IMG/VR virus record: IMGVR_UViG_3300017776_000018
Coordinates: 1-52,782 of that record
DNA: 52,782 bases
Source of the DNA: a virus
Taxonomy: Duplodnaviria > Caudoviricetes
Strand: one strand, 5' to 3'
In this document: positions 35,651-49,000 of the stretch, piece by piece
How the letters are laid out: each line of letters opens with the position of its first letter
Position numbering within the stretch: the stretch's first letter is position 1
Translations under genes and position numbers: made by a program
The notes under the pieces: generated by a model
Databases searched by the model: none
The model's input: the letters and a program-made list of their open reading frames with translations, nothing else
Told to the model about the DNA's origin: nothing

Positions 35651-38011
35651 ATGGGCTTGCACAAAATACGAAGCAAGGCCATTCGTTTCAATGGTTTCAC
35701 CGATGGAATAATCGTTCCAACAGGGCAGAACAAAGAATCAGGGGTGAACCTTCTCCGACCAACCTATGCGGGTGGTGCGGCGACAACAAAAAGCGATGCA
35801 ACCAAAATCGGCAGGTTGCACCTTCCAACCGAAACAAATCCGTTGAACCGCATTCTTGGGCCGTTCACCATTGATGCCTTCATTGTTCCCAATTATGGTG
35901 GAACCGTGGTGGTGAAACCGAAGTGCTTTGAGTTGAAAGTCGGCCACCCTTTCAAGAACGCACCCATTGAGTTCTCAATTCATTGCGTAGGACGTGTTTT
36001 CACGCTCACCACGCCCTTTGATGTCAATACCCTGCGTGAGTCCCATAGCGGCACGTATGGAGGCGGAGAACACCTTCCAGACGACATTTCCGAAGGGGCG
36101 CAACCGTTGATGCTGATAACGGCTCAATTCACAGGCGATGAAATGCGAATCTATGTGAACACAAATCTGGTCGCCTCCCTCAATTTGGTGCATCAGCGTG
36201 TGCTTGACAACGTTTCATCCGACTTTTTCATTGGTGGGCGTGGAGGTGAATATCGAGGCATCATTGAAAGCGTCCGTATTGACAGGGGAACAAACGCACC
36301 TTTGCTCAGTCCATTGACCACCACCGATCAAACCGTTGGACTTTGGGACTTTGAAGATGATTTGGACGTTCCAAACCTACATTTTTTCAACAACAAAAAC
36401 GAATCATCGCCAACACAGGGCCGTGATGGAACGTTGGATGAAACAGGATTGTTGGAGCCTCCAATGGTTTTTTTGGGCTATGATTTTGTGAACGTGGGTG
36501 ATTTGGGGCATTTTCGAATCTATGATAAGCCAGACCACCCAGAAGAAAACGACGACACGTATTCTGCCTTAGAAAAGTTGGCTTCGCTTGCCACAGGCAT
36601 TCCGTTGGAGGACATTCAACGCCAAACGTGGTATTCAACGTCGCTTAATTTGAACGCCTACACCTATGGCACGAACACAGGAACGCTTGACTATTTAGAC
36701 TCAGGGCGCATCAAACATTCATCGTTAAACGCCGTTATCAACCAATCGGGAACTCACCCATTGACTGGCCTTACAAAGACGGCAAGCGGTCAAACACGTG
36801 ATTTGACAAACGATGCTGATTTTACCCTTTCAACAATTGACGATCTCGACCCAATGGTGAACCCCATTGAGCGTGTAAGGATTATTTCACTTGACTTCGC
36901 AAATAACCGTGTGGTGTGTCAATCAGTTCATTTACAAAATGACACCTCCGTTTCAGCAACCATTGAGAATCACCCAAAGGGACAGGGGTTGTTGTTTGAC
37001 CATGCCGACGGGACTCCAATTTGGTTGGTGTTGGGCAACGCTGATTTGGTGATTGATTCAGGAAACAAAAACACTTCAACTGCCGTCGCCAATCAATTAA
37101 CACGTCAAAAAGACGCATTTACAAGAGCCAGATTTACGCAAGGGCAACGATTCAATGACCGTAGCGGTAGCAACAACACCGCATATTTTGTTTCAAAACA
37201 AAGTCGGATTCCTTCAACAATTGGGGCTACGCCCCCAACTTCCGAAGCAACAGATCCAGACCCTCCGTTCTTTGACGCATTGAAATTGTGGCTTCCCGTT
37301 AATGGGTTGTCGGGATATTCCGACGGTGCTACGGTGTCCCACCTCCCTGATTTTAGCGGCAACAAATACGGCGTTTATTCCGTTGGGACGTGGGCGTATC
37401 AAGCGCAAAGTGCCAATTTCAACTCTCGACCATCATTGAAAATCACCTCATCGGATGGTGCATTGGTGAACATTGACACCAACGATGGCGAATCCGAAGA
37501 GTTTAGACATACCCTCAGCACAAATGGATTCACAGCCTTCTTTATGATTTACAACCCCACCGCATCAAGTTCTGGCCCGTTTGATTTAATCGGTGAAAAT
37601 GCAAGCACCAACAAAACGTTCTTTGGTCAAGCAGCAGACTCCAACGACTTTGCATTGACAAACAATGGGGCCACCACTACGGCATCCACTATAACCGCAG
37701 ACCTCACAAATGCTGGATTGCTGATTTTTGAGTTTAACCACACCACGAACAACGCCATTATCTATCAAAACAATGCGACAAAACACACTTTCGTTGGAAA
37801 GGTTGTTCAGGATTACCGCTTCGACAATCGGTTGTTTGGTTTGTTCGGCAGGGCTTTAACCACCGACCCTGCCGCAAAAACAGGAACGGCAAACAACAAA
37901 GCCCCCCAGAACTTTGAGGTCGCTGAGGTCATTTTCTATGAAAGGGTTCTTACGTCGGCTGAAAGACAACAGGTTCAAGGGTATTTCTTGAACAAATACG
38001 GGGTGATATGA
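35651..38011 (+). CDS. Tail protein with two LamG/ConA-like domains
   Basis: FTIDAFI...MRIYVN...FFIGG...YRGIIESVRI; LKLWL...AEVIFYERVLTSAERQQV. Confidence 0.75.
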   Translation: MGLHKIRSKAIRFNGFTDGIIVPTGQNKESGVNLLRPTYAGGAATTKSDATKIGRLHLPTETNPLNRILGPFTIDAFIVPNYGGTVVVKPKCFELKVGHPFKNAPIEFSIHCVGRVFTLTTPFDVNTLRESHSGTYGGGEHLPDDISEGAQPLMLITAQFTGDEMRIYVNTNLVASLNLVHQRVLDNVSSDFFIGGRGGEYRGIIESVRIDRGTNAPLLSPLTTTDQTVGLWDFEDDLDVPNLHFFNNKNESSPTQGRDGTLDETGLLEPPMVFLGYDFVNVGDLGHFRIYDKPDHPEENDDTYSALEKLASLATGIPLEDIQRQTWYSTSLNLNAYTYGTNTGTLDYLDSGRIKHSSLNAVINQSGTHPLTGLTKTASGQTRDLTNDADFTLSTIDDLDPMVNPIERVRIISLDFANNRVVCQSVHLQNDTSVSATIENHPKGQGLLFDHADGTPIWLVLGNADLVIDSGNKNTSTAVANQLTRQKDAFTRARFTQGQRFNDRSGSNNTAYFVSKQSRIPSTIGATPPTSEATDPDPPFFDALKLWLPVNGLSGYSDGATVSHLPDFSGNKYGVYSVGTWAYQAQSANFNSRPSLKITSSDGALVNIDTNDGESEEFRHTLSTNGFTAFFMIYNPTASSSGPFDLIGENASTNKTFFGQAADSNDFALTNNGATTTASTITADLTNAGLLIFEFNHTTNNAIIYQNNATKHTFVGKVVQDYRFDNRLFGLFGRALTTDPAAKTGTANNKAPQNFEVAEVIFYERVLTSAERQQVQGYFLNKYGVI

Positions 38012-41000
38012 TGGCGAATCTCAAAGAGTCCAACGACGACGGCTACGCTGGCATGTCGGGCATGACCGCATACAACCGAGTTGAAGGCGAGTTCTTCCTA
38101 CGTCAAATGCCCTCTCCTGATGAGCAGGTGGTGAAACAAACCATCCAAGGCGTTGTTGATGAGTTCATTTACAAAACCGATGAGGTGTCGCTGCAATCCA
38201 TCCTCAAAGAAAATGAAGAGGTGAGCCTCACCGAGAATGTCTATTTGGGTGAGTCCTCCGCTATCGTCAATCAAACGAAAACGTCCTTCGCAACTGATTC
38301 AGGGGGCGACCCATTCAATCGCATGGTGATTCAAGCAGGGGTTGGCTCTTACAATTCCGATCTTGCCGCCGACCTTTCAGCATCGGTGTTTGATGAAGTG
38401 ATTGCTATTGCTGTTGAAAACATTGAGCCTTTCATGATGAAGGGACTTGACATTGACTACACGGCAGATTTGGTGAGCAACAAACCAACAAACGACGGCT
38501 ACATCAAACACTTGACCCCCTCCGACGATCCTCACATCGCTTCGATTGAGTCTCCCTCCTTCTTGACCTCGGCTGGCGGTCCAAGCCGAGTCCTTGTGTT
38601 CTATGATGCCATAGACCTCACAGGAGAGGTCGTTGCAGGGACTACGCTCGCCAGTTCAAACATCAACCCACATCAACGCCCGTATCACGTTCAAAATAGC
38701 AACAAAGGGTATTTGGTTGTGAAGAAAATGATTCCTTCTGCCTCGACCCTTTATGAAGTCTCAGCAGGAACTTGGCGAAGCCTGTCGGACATTTTGTTCA
38801 AGCCGTATTCCTCAGCACCAGCCGTTGATGCCGATGTTCAACTCACAATCACCGCCCCTGGTGGTTTGATTTCACTTCCTACAAAGGATTTCAAGCGACC
38901 TGTCAAATCGCACACCCTCAAAACACACGGCTTTGGTGGCGCATTCCCCTCACCATTCATTGATGTAAGCGATTGTGTCATTGTCAAACAAAACAACAAA
39001 GGCGGCTATGGTCGCCCTCGTAGGGTTTTGAATCCAAACACCCCCGATGAAACGGCAAATCCAACTCATCACGTTATGACCATCACTTCAAACACAGGCA
39101 ATGACTTGAAATCGTTTGATGGGACAAAGCGAACCCCCCCTGAACTATCCCGATCCACACTTCAAGTGTTCAACGTTCTTGATAACGTGGTGAAGAGAAA
39201 CGAGCATGTGGTGTTGGTTGCCCCCGCCAACAAAAACCGATATGCCGTCTTTGAGGATTTCTTGACAAACGTTGATTCAAGCAATGCTGCTTTGGTGTCA
39301 ATTGAAATTGCGTTGCTCAATGGTCGAGCAGAAGAGTTCAACACGGAGATTTCCAATGGCGAAGCCACGCTTGAAGTGCGTGGTCGGTCAAAGTTGATGG
39401 ACATAACCGACAAAGAAACCAAGCGAAACCTCAACCTTGGCGAAAGCGTTCCAATCAAGGAGATTGGCGACATGGGAACGCCAACGGTTTCTCTTACATT
39501 GGGCGGTGTCGGTCAAGGTGGCGTTGATGCAAAGCCTGAATGGAAACAACACACTTTCCTTGAAGGATGGAAAGACAGAACGGTAAGCGGAGGAAATGCT
39601 TCGGTTCGCAACGACCACCAAACGTCCACCGACTATGCTTCAACACGTGCGCTGGTTGAATTGCCGTTGTTCCCTTCAATGTTCTATGACGTTGAAGGTA
39701 TCTATGAAATCACAGATTCAATCACCGACGGAATACACCCGTTCAACAAAGAAGTGAAATTGACGGTTGATTGCACTATGACGGCAAAAAACCGTGTTCA
39801 AATGGAGAAATACGAAGCAAGGAGTTCCGTTGATTACGGAATGCGGGATAGTTGGTCTGCGATTGAGATTTCAAATATCGCAAGCCTTGGAAATGATTAC
39901 TCCTTCGCTTTTCGAGCGCAAGTTCCCTCAATCCAAGCCGTCATTACGGGCATGGATTTAACCGCAGGGACGGCGAACTCCTACATTGAAGTGGACGACA
40001 CGGAGGCTTTTGTGAATGATACGCTGCAAGGGCCAAACGGACCAAGTATTGACGGTTCAACGGGTGTGTTAGGGCGACAATTTTACATCACGGTGGGCGA
40101 AGGAATGGTCGCACCGACTACCGACCCAACCTTGAATTATTGCACTTTCTTGATGTTCCGTGTTCACAAAATTAACAACTCAACAAACCGCATTTATGTG
40201 GATGAAGCATTCTTACGATACCCACGAAACGATCTTGCATTAAACCTTTCAACTTCAAGCCCACGTGCAGACTCATTCGCTTTCGTGAGCGCACCTGTGG
40301 TTTTAGGTGGGGTGATTGCTTCAACAGCGCATACTCAAGGATTGAAGTTCAACTACATAACAACAGGTGCAACATCGCCAGCAGAAACCTTTGGAGATCG
40401 TTTGAAAGCGCAGTTAGCATTTTGTTTGGGGCTTAATTCGGCATACGGGACGTGTTTTGACAACTCATTGTTGAATCAAGGAAAGAGAAGGTATCTCATT
40501 ATGAAAAATCACGCTGAGGCGGGGGGTCTTGAATGGGACATTTTCAACGAATACGGCTACGATAACAACCGTGAACTGAAAGAACCAATTGTCTGCATCC
40601 CCAACTTCACAGGTTTGAAAGGAATCAAATCGGACGGAAGCGGTTTGGCCTACGTTCTTCCGAGCATCTATTCGTTGCGTGATGTTGCTTTGGCAGGTGA
40701 TGGTTTCAATGAAGCCGTCAATGAGTTGATTCGAAGAATAAACATGAATGGACACCCCAAAGCCAAGAACAGTTCTGGTGGAAGTGCCTTTGACCCAATC
40801 ACGGAGGATTCCAACGGCACAGGAGGACACATGGGATATGTAAGGGCATACCGTGGAAAAGAAGTGGAATCACGAACAGGTGAGAAAGGACTTACAATCG
40901 TTATCCATTCCACCGTTCCAGGTGCGACAGGGCGTGAGTTTGCCGTGTGGATTACAAATGATAGCGTCTATCCCTATCAACCAATTCAAGCGGTTGGTCA

Positions 41001-43029
41001 TGGTGGATTGTTGGCAACCAATAGCCGTTCCTACCAATCAAGTTCATTCCCTGCACCTATGCCGATTGGGGCTGATGGTGAAACGTTTGTTCCAATCACC
41101 ACATTTACAGGTGCAGTTCACGGCCCTATCACGCACAGGCACGATACTTCAAACAACCTTCGAGAATACAACGGCATTGGTTCTCGATTCAAGGTTTTGA
41201 CAAAAAGTGAAACAGGTGCGCTTACACGGTCATATCAATGGGATGCAGCAGGTAAGAACTTCCTTCACATTACCGTTGATGGAACGGCAATGGACGTTTA
41301 TTTGCGCTCACGTAGCGAATACGCAAAAATGTTTAACTCCGTTTCAGGTAGTTTTGAAGGGGGATTAGTCCGTATCAATGGGGTGCTTTGCACATATCGG
41401 AATATATTCGTGGATTATGGAAGTGGTTCGGTGCTTGGCGAATGCCAACTGCAACGTGTCCAAGCCTTGACCGACCCAGATAAATTGGTTGAGATGTTTT
41501 ACGTTGATGGCGGGACGGCGAACACGAAGGCCGATGAAGTGCATGGAATAGAGATTGATTTCCTTTACCCCTTGTTGGACTCCGAAGGTATTCTGTTTTT
41601 TGGTGGAGGCCACACAGGTTTGACACTTGACATCAGCGATGGAACGGATAACGTCTATTCCGATCATTACAAACACCCTCTCGCCAAAGGACCAACTGGT
41701 TTTGCTGGATTCCAAAACGTGGGTGAGATTTCAGCACCAACCGCTATTTTGGACTTCACCGATGTTTTGAATGAGGACACCATCAATGACGACACGCTAC
41801 GTGGATTTCACCATACTACCGTTCTCAACTCAAACAACGAACCAGAAGGAAAATGTGCGTTCTATGGTCGCCTTCAAAATGGGATTTACGGAACTGATGA
41901 GGACTTGGGAACAGGGGCGGTATCGCAGGACAACACCAAATGGCGAGAAGATCTCTATAATCGAAAGGTTCGGATTACCTCAGCAAATGGAATGGCTACG
42001 GCAGGAAACGGGCCAACAAACGGTGTTGAAACCACCCCGACAGGTGCAACACCAACTATGAAATTGTTCCATCATGGCGACGTTGTGGCTCTTTTCAACA
42101 ACAATTCAGGAACGGTTGAAGCCGAACATGGAGAGGTGAAGGAGTTTGACCCGTCGGGCGAATGGTGCGTTTCAGCCGTTTGTCGTGCGCCAGCCTCAAA
42201 CCCAAATTATGCCACAGGGCCAATTTTCCATGCGATTTATGATGATGGGACACCAAACGGAAAACCCTACGGTTTGCATCTTGGAGGCTCGGCTTACATC
42301 ACCCCCCCTGTTTCGGGAAAAAGTGCAATTTCAATCGCAATCTCTTTTCCAAACGGCTCTTTCCCCGCAATTCCAGGCGCAAGTCCCTTAGCCGTATCTG
42401 TTCTTGTTCCATCAACCGTCCCTGGTGGAACAGTTGAGGTTAGCAGCATTGGTGAAACATTCATCATGGCTGGTCGAAACCCAAGCGGTGGCAGACCTTC
42501 ATTCCTTTACATAGGGAATACCGTAGGCATCACCGATCCAACATCAGGTGCTTATGGAGGTCCAGCCATCCACGATTTCAGCGATTTTCTCATCAATGTT
42601 GGAGATGAGAATTATGGGGCTATCGGCACGTCGCCAAACGTAAAACCACTTTTTGAAACAGAAACAAGTGGATATGCAGGTGGAAGTCCAGACCATCCGA
42701 ATGTTCCAACAGCACTACAAACAATTCGAGATAAAAATATGGCGGCAATTGGGTGTTCATTGATTGGCTCTCCATTTGTCAATATATTGCCTGGTATGAC
42801 GGTTCAAGGCGGAGGGTCAATTTCTGCCCCAACAAACGACTATTTCACCGCCCTTCAAACAGGGACGGCAACCTATGGAGTTGTAGGGACTGGCGGCTCA
42901 TTTGGAAATGGAAACAATTCAGCAGGTCCAATTCATTTTGCGGGGTATTTGGCCGAAGTTGCTTTATGGAAGCGAGCCATGACGTTTAGCGAGGCAACAA
43001 CTTGGTTTGCGGGACGTAGCAAGTGGTGA
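38008..43029 (+). CDS. Giant tail-tip protein (1673 aa) with hub-like N-terminal segment and C-terminal LamG
   Basis: LLNGRAEE...LEVRGRSKLMDI; C-terminal FAGYLAEVALWKRAMT; GGGGTGA RBS. Confidence 0.7.
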   Translation: MMANLKESNDDGYAGMSGMTAYNRVEGEFFLRQMPSPDEQVVKQTIQGVVDEFIYKTDEVSLQSILKENEEVSLTENVYLGESSAIVNQTKTSFATDSGGDPFNRMVIQAGVGSYNSDLAADLSASVFDEVIAIAVENIEPFMMKGLDIDYTADLVSNKPTNDGYIKHLTPSDDPHIASIESPSFLTSAGGPSRVLVFYDAIDLTGEVVAGTTLASSNINPHQRPYHVQNSNKGYLVVKKMIPSASTLYEVSAGTWRSLSDILFKPYSSAPAVDADVQLTITAPGGLISLPTKDFKRPVKSHTLKTHGFGGAFPSPFIDVSDCVIVKQNNKGGYGRPRRVLNPNTPDETANPTHHVMTITSNTGNDLKSFDGTKRTPPELSRSTLQVFNVLDNVVKRNEHVVLVAPANKNRYAVFEDFLTNVDSSNAALVSIEIALLNGRAEEFNTEISNGEATLEVRGRSKLMDITDKETKRNLNLGESVPIKEIGDMGTPTVSLTLGGVGQGGVDAKPEWKQHTFLEGWKDRTVSGGNASVRNDHQTSTDYASTRALVELPLFPSMFYDVEGIYEITDSITDGIHPFNKEVKLTVDCTMTAKNRVQMEKYEARSSVDYGMRDSWSAIEISNIASLGNDYSFAFRAQVPSIQAVITGMDLTAGTANSYIEVDDTEAFVNDTLQGPNGPSIDGSTGVLGRQFYITVGEGMVAPTTDPTLNYCTFLMFRVHKINNSTNRIYVDEAFLRYPRNDLALNLSTSSPRADSFAFVSAPVVLGGVIASTAHTQGLKFNYITTGATSPAETFGDRLKAQLAFCLGLNSAYGTCFDNSLLNQGKRRYLIMKNHAEAGGLEWDIFNEYGYDNNRELKEPIVCIPNFTGLKGIKSDGSGLAYVLPSIYSLRDVALAGDGFNEAVNELIRRINMNGHPKAKNSSGGSAFDPITEDSNGTGGHMGYVRAYRGKEVESRTGEKGLTIVIHSTVPGATGREFAVWITNDSVYPYQPIQAVGHGGLLATNSRSYQSSSFPAPMPIGADGETFVPITTFTGAVHGPITHRHDTSNNLREYNGIGSRFKVLTKSETGALTRSYQWDAAGKNFLHITVDGTAMDVYLRSRSEYAKMFNSVSGSFEGGLVRINGVLCTYRNIFVDYGSGSVLGECQLQRVQALTDPDKLVEMFYVDGGTANTKADEVHGIEIDFLYPLLDSEGILFFGGGHTGLTLDISDGTDNVYSDHYKHPLAKGPTGFAGFQNVGEISAPTAILDFTDVLNEDTINDDTLRGFHHTTVLNSNNEPEGKCAFYGRLQNGIYGTDEDLGTGAVSQDNTKWREDLYNRKVRITSANGMATAGNGPTNGVETTPTGATPTMKLFHHGDVVALFNNNSGTVEAEHGEVKEFDPSGEWCVSAVCRAPASNPNYATGPIFHAIYDDGTPNGKPYGLHLGGSAYITPPVSGKSAISIAISFPNGSFPAIPGASPLAVSVLVPSTVPGGTVEVSSIGETFIMAGRNPSGGRPSFLYIGNTVGITDPTSGAYGGPAIHDFSDFLINVGDENYGAIGTSPNVKPLFETETSGYAGGSPDHPNVPTALQTIRDKNMAAIGCSLIGSPFVNILPGMTVQGGGSISAPTNDYFTALQTGTATYGVVGTGGSFGNGNNSAGPIHFAGYLAEVALWKRAMTFSEATTWFAGRSKW

Positions 43030-43033
43030 TTGA

Positions 43034-46000
43034 ATGGCTGATGTTTATTCTCGATACATTGACCCCGCCGCAACGGGTTCATGGGGTGCAACATCAACAG
43101 GTGAGTTCGCATCAGGCATTTTTGCTATGCACATCACCTATCCTGATACCGAATATGGCGATACGGTGGAGAACTGGCAATCAGGGGTCAATTCAGTTGA
43201 TTGGAGGCAAGGTGTTTCACTTCTTATCCGAACCCCTTTGGCATCAGCATCAGCAACAATCAGCGAAGCAACAAACGTTATCGCTATTGATTTGAAACAG
43301 GCTAAAGCCAACCATGCAAACCCAAATTACACGTATGATCTTGGGACGGAAGAAGCAGCCCGTTTTATCGCCGCTAAAATCAATTCACGACGAATCAAAA
43401 TGAAGGGCGAAAACGATCTAACGAAATACCTCCGAGCAAGGTATGTTCGTCAATCATTGCCACACAAATACGAAGTCGAGGTAGTTCGTTTTCAAGCACA
43501 GGGAGGTGGGACAACTACACTTGAAGTTGAGTTGCCGACAAAAGACAAATATGGTTTTCCATCGGAACTCCCCAATGATTTCACCTTAAAAGTTGAATCA
43601 AGTGGCGTAAGCCCACACATCGCCGCAGGTTCGTATTCAAACCCTTCAATAAAAGCAACAAAACACGGAGTAAGCGGCGATTTTGGAGAAGTTGAAGTCA
43701 TTTTAGATTCAACCCCCACGATAACAGGAAGCCCATCGGCTGGCGATGCTTTGACAAATACGTTCACATTGATTGGCGAATCACCAAAACACACAATCGC
43801 AATCACGTGGGACAACTACACGCCAAGCACCAATGATGGCTATTGGGGTGCAGCCAATTGCGGCCCTGTGGTTCAAGGCATGGGGGCTATTGGCGTTCAT
43901 CGTTTGGTGGCAAAACCAATGGATGGTGGCAACATGGGGTTGCCAGCGTTGAACTACGACTCTCGAAGCGGCATTACCGCCGTTGAGCATTCAAGCAATC
44001 ATGGCTACAACCGTTTCAGCATTGAAGGCTTGAACTCATGCGTGATGGCTGAAATGCCACCTCCTGATCGGAAAACACGATACCCCGTAGTGCAAGGAAT
44101 CACCACGCTTCATCCAGATACCGAAGGCGATTTAGCATCAAATCGTTTGAGAATCCAAGAATTGGAATACGGAACAGAAGTGTTCTCCGACAGTAGCACA
44201 TCAGGTGAGGTGAATGTTGAGAATGGGAGATACCCCCAAACATTCACCAATTCGGTTGCAGTTGAACACTACGTTCCTACGGGTTCAAATGGGGTTCACC
44301 TCAAGAACATTAACAACGATTCAACCAGCATCAAGCATGGGTTGAATGACAGTTCGGAGAAGGCTTATGCCCGACCATTCCGAATCACACAGGATTTGAA
44401 CGCAGAACGTGTTCAAGGGCTTCAAATCACAAACGAGCATTTGGTTTTTGAATCAATGAATGTTGTTGATGATTTGGGCAACGAATTGATTTTGGAAGGC
44501 GGGTCGCCCTTTGGAACAATCATTCGTGATTTTGAAGTGCAAAATGCAAGAGAGAATCCCGCAACTGGTGAAATGGTTGTTGGACCCTCAGCACCAAGCG
44601 ATACCGTTCCACCAAACCTTCGCATTCAACTTCCAAAGCAAGAAGAAATCCCAGGAGGCATTTTCGTGCGTAGCGGCCATGACCGAGTTCAAGCGTGGTC
44701 AAATCAAACATGGGGGATGGGTGGCCTCACCGCCCCCGATCCACGTGCAGCAGGTGAGCCAGAAAGTGCAAGCCCATACGACCCCTCCCAATACGAAACA
44801 CATGACCGTTCTTTGGTTTTTCATTGTGAACGTATTTTGCATGATGGCTTGGAGTCCGTCTTTGGCCTCGATTTGAGCGTAAAGGCAGGGGCAGTTCCAA
44901 GCGGAACTACACGCCTGTTCTCAGCACACCGTATGTCGGACCACACCGAGCGTGGAAGCCTTTTGAAACAAACAAACAATGGGGCTGAAACAGGAAACCC
45001 AATCCCCCATCATCGTATTCGTTTTGGCCGTCAAGGACATTCCTTCGTGATGCCTCTTTGCCACCGAGGAACGCCAATGTCCATGAGGCGGCAATTGCAC
45101 CGTTCACACGGTTCGGCGTATTCCCTCATGTTTGAGGGTGAAACCGAATACAAACACTTTGGATTTGGCAACACCAATTCAACAAACAGTTCTTCGGTTT
45201 TCCAACTTGATTCATTGGACGTAAAAACAGCCTCAGCCGTCCATTCAACAGGTTCATTTTCCTCAGATGGTTTGCCTTTGGATGAACTCAAAGGGATGAG
45301 GGGTTATGACGTGGATGGCGCATATACGAGCGCAACACATCGAAGCGTTCCCGATTATTTGTTCGCACCTGGTCAAACACACACCAGCGTTGAAGGAACG
45401 CCTCAAGACGTGGCTTTTGCATTGGCTGAAATTGACGGTTCGATTTCAACAGGCGCAGCAACCAAATTGTCATTGCAGGGAAGCACCTTAACGGCAAACA
45501 ATCGTTTCACCACGGCAAGTGAGTTCATGGTGAACGGATTCTTTCTCAACAATTACCTCGGCATTGGAGGTCGCCCTGAGCCGATTCGGAGAGTCGCTAT
45601 TGACTCAGGCGGCAACTGGTTTGTGAGAGGCTATCATGAAGGCGTGATTCGCCCACGTGTAGCAACTGAATTGGCGACTGTTCCTCCATTGGTTTGCCAT
45701 GACCCCGCTTTGCTCAACATGGCGGGGTCGCCTTATGCAAATCACGCAACGGTTCCAGCAACCAGTTGGATTCAAGCAAGTTCAAGTGAAATTGACATGG
45801 CTTTGGTGAAAGCGAGGGACACCTCAACAGGTGGAACGCCAGATGCTTTCCTTTGCACGTGGTTGGCGGAATACTCCCACCCTGCATTCTTTGGAACCAT
45901 GCGAGAACATTTCATGTCCTTCCGATACCGTGAGGCAGGAATGCCAAGATCGTTGAATTATCCCTCCACACGTGGTCTTTTCCTTCGCAATCAATCAGTT

Positions 46001-49000
46001 GATGGGAATTATGGAACAACAGGCTCACCTGCCGTTTCCTTGCCCTTTGAACGCATTTACGTTGCACAATGGATGCAGAACTACGCCTACAACGGTTTGA
46101 ATGCTGGCGGTCATGGGAACGTGGAGGGGCTTCGAGGCGTTGGTGCGGTGTTTATGGGGCATACGACCCGACGTGAGGCACATGGAACAATTCAACTCTA
46201 TAACCAAAATGGAACGGCAAGGTATTCACGTGGAGAAGGGATTGGAGACTCTTTGAACCCACGAAGTTCAATTGCCGTTGTTCAAGGAATTGACGTTGAT
46301 GGCGACAGCGAGGACTTGAACAAACAATTCTTTGTTCTTGACCCTTATGTGGCAATAGATGTAAGCCGTCGGCTTCCTGTTCGTGCATGGGGTATTCGTA
46401 GCGGTTCAAGTGCGCCAAACATGCTGGCTGGCGATCCAACCGAAACCCAAAACACCTACGCCATGCTAAATAGTGGCCGCTTTGACGGTGGAAAACACGA
46501 CTCAATGGAGGACATACCGCAGGGCGTTGATGCTTTCACCAATGACACCAACATTCGGTCAAATACCGCCAATCGTGGGGGAATCACCCGTTCAATTCCT
46601 GTTGGATTTGTAGCAAACGATTTCACGACTGAGGCGCACCCGTTTGAAAGAAACACACGTCAAGCAAATGAACGTATCAAAGCACAGGATGAACAACTCG
46701 GCATTGGTTCAAACCTTGGAATCACCAGCAACGGCCAGTTATCGCCACACGCTCAAGCGGCTGGTTCTTGGGACTATGAAACAAATGATACGAGGCCAAC
46801 AACTTTGCCTGTAAGCGGCCCCGTATTGTGGCTAAAAGGCGATTCTTTGGGTTTAGAAGATGGTGCAGCAGTTTCCTCTTGGGTTGATTCCTCAGCAAAC
46901 AATTGGGAGTTCACGCAGGGTTCGGCTTCTGCTCAACCAACATTTATCAAACGCGATCCAATCGTGAACAATCATCCCGTTATTGACTGTGATGGCAACG
47001 ACTTTCTGCAAATTGATTTCCAAGAGGAATTAAACCCTGTTGAAATGACGTTGTTCACCGTTGCCTACGTTGATTCCGACGATGGAGGGATTCACGGCAT
47101 CGTTGAATCCCGTTCTGGCTCGCCAGTTGCACGAAGCGGTTTCAACCTCTATGGGCGTATGGATTCGGGGAACAAGTGGCAATTTTGGATGGGTGGGAAC
47201 ACGGGCTGGCCTAATGTTGAAACGGCAACGAACTCATTGGAAGGTAGTGTTCCCGACATCATCACGGGCAAGATCTATGGAGGGAATGGGAACGGCAGCA
47301 ACGCAACTCAAGAAATCTATGAAAACGGGTATCTGGCCGATTCCCAAACGGCTTTGTTTTGGCGTTCAACTGCTTCAACCTACATGGTGGGGCGTGTCCC
47401 AGGTTCGTTTTATCTCAATGGAAAAATTGCTGAGGTCATTCAATACAACCGAAAATTGACTACTCAAGAGCAATATGAGGTTGAGGCTTACCTTTCCCGA
47501 AAATACGCAATTTCAATCTCCACATCAGCCAGTTTAAGTCATTCAGGAAGAATCAATAATGCCGACAAAATACCGCTTAACAAAGGAACCGATCCATTTA
47601 TTGATTTGGTTCAAAGAAGCGGCAGCACGTCTTACTCGCAAGAACATTCGTTAGGTGGAATAATAACGACCACGCTTGATGAAAGGTTTGGCGCATCTTC
47701 CAATTTTTATCACCTAAAAGGAAATGCACTTCACACAAACGGACATGCGATTACTGAGTCAAAAGGTGAAATCTCCTATCCGCCCAACGGATATTCAACC
47801 GCCGTTGTTTCAAGTTTGACTGTTGATGATGCCCGACCTGATTTGGTGAACGAAATCAGCGAAACACGTCAAATCCAATCGAGAAGTGAGCCACGCCTTG
47901 GCCTCATCATGGAGGTTGAAAGTGAGCGAAACGACAACAAAGACGTGAATTATTCAATCACAGGGACAAGAGCGTTGTCGCTACACACCGATCTTATGTT
48001 GGGGCATCACTTCCCTGTTCTCCCATCGCACGTTGTCAAAAGCAAAATGGCGAACATTGGATTTAGCAAGGACGGGACGGGTTCGGCAGCGACAGTCCCA
48101 GACTACGACATCAAGCCAACATGGAGTCCCGACTCCAACAACTCAAAAGGTGCGGTTGCATTGTCTGGCGACACCGTGAAAACGGCCTACAAAACCCACG
48201 CATTGGACGCTTGGGCTGTTCGAGGCGTGTCGGACCTTCCAGCATGGGGAGGCGTGTTTATCCTCCGCAAAACATACCTCAACCGTGAGGACTCCGAGGA
48301 TGCACCATTGAACACCGAGATTGACTCCAACACGAACAGGGCGACCACATCACACCCCCGACGTAAATACGTGGACTACATCGTGCGTCCTGTTCGCCCG
48401 TTGAAATTGTTTGGATTCGCTTCGGATTTGCTACAAGACGGTTGGACAATGGGGCCGCAAAGTTCGGTAAGCACCGCAACCCTCGCATCTCAAGCCTTTG
48501 ACCGTGATAAGCGATATGGCGTGTTTGAAATGAATTATTCAAGAGGGGTGAACGGCATTGAACCCATCACCTCGGCAGGTTCAACATTCGCCATTGATTA
48601 CCCCGATTCCAACGAATACGACGTGGTGTGGCACATTATCCCCACCGCCAATATGCTTCAATTCGCAAAAGCCGACGCTCACCGCATAGACGATGGAGGT
48701 TTCTTCAATCCCAAAATTGAAGCACGATATTCACAGGCTCAAACAACAGGTGGCGGCGAACCAATTTATCAGTCCGAAACACGATACGCCACTACAACTG
48801 GCATCATGGGCGACCATGCTCGACAGACCAAGCAACATGAAATCACACAGTCAAAAGAAGCCATGCGCTACTTCCCACGTGTCAAGGTATTGGCAAACAA
48901 AGGAAGTGGTGTTTTCTTGGTTGATGATTCCAGCGTTCTTCCAGCAACAGGCAAGTTGTTTGCTCTTGACCATTCAGGCGTTATCACCTATTCAGCCATC

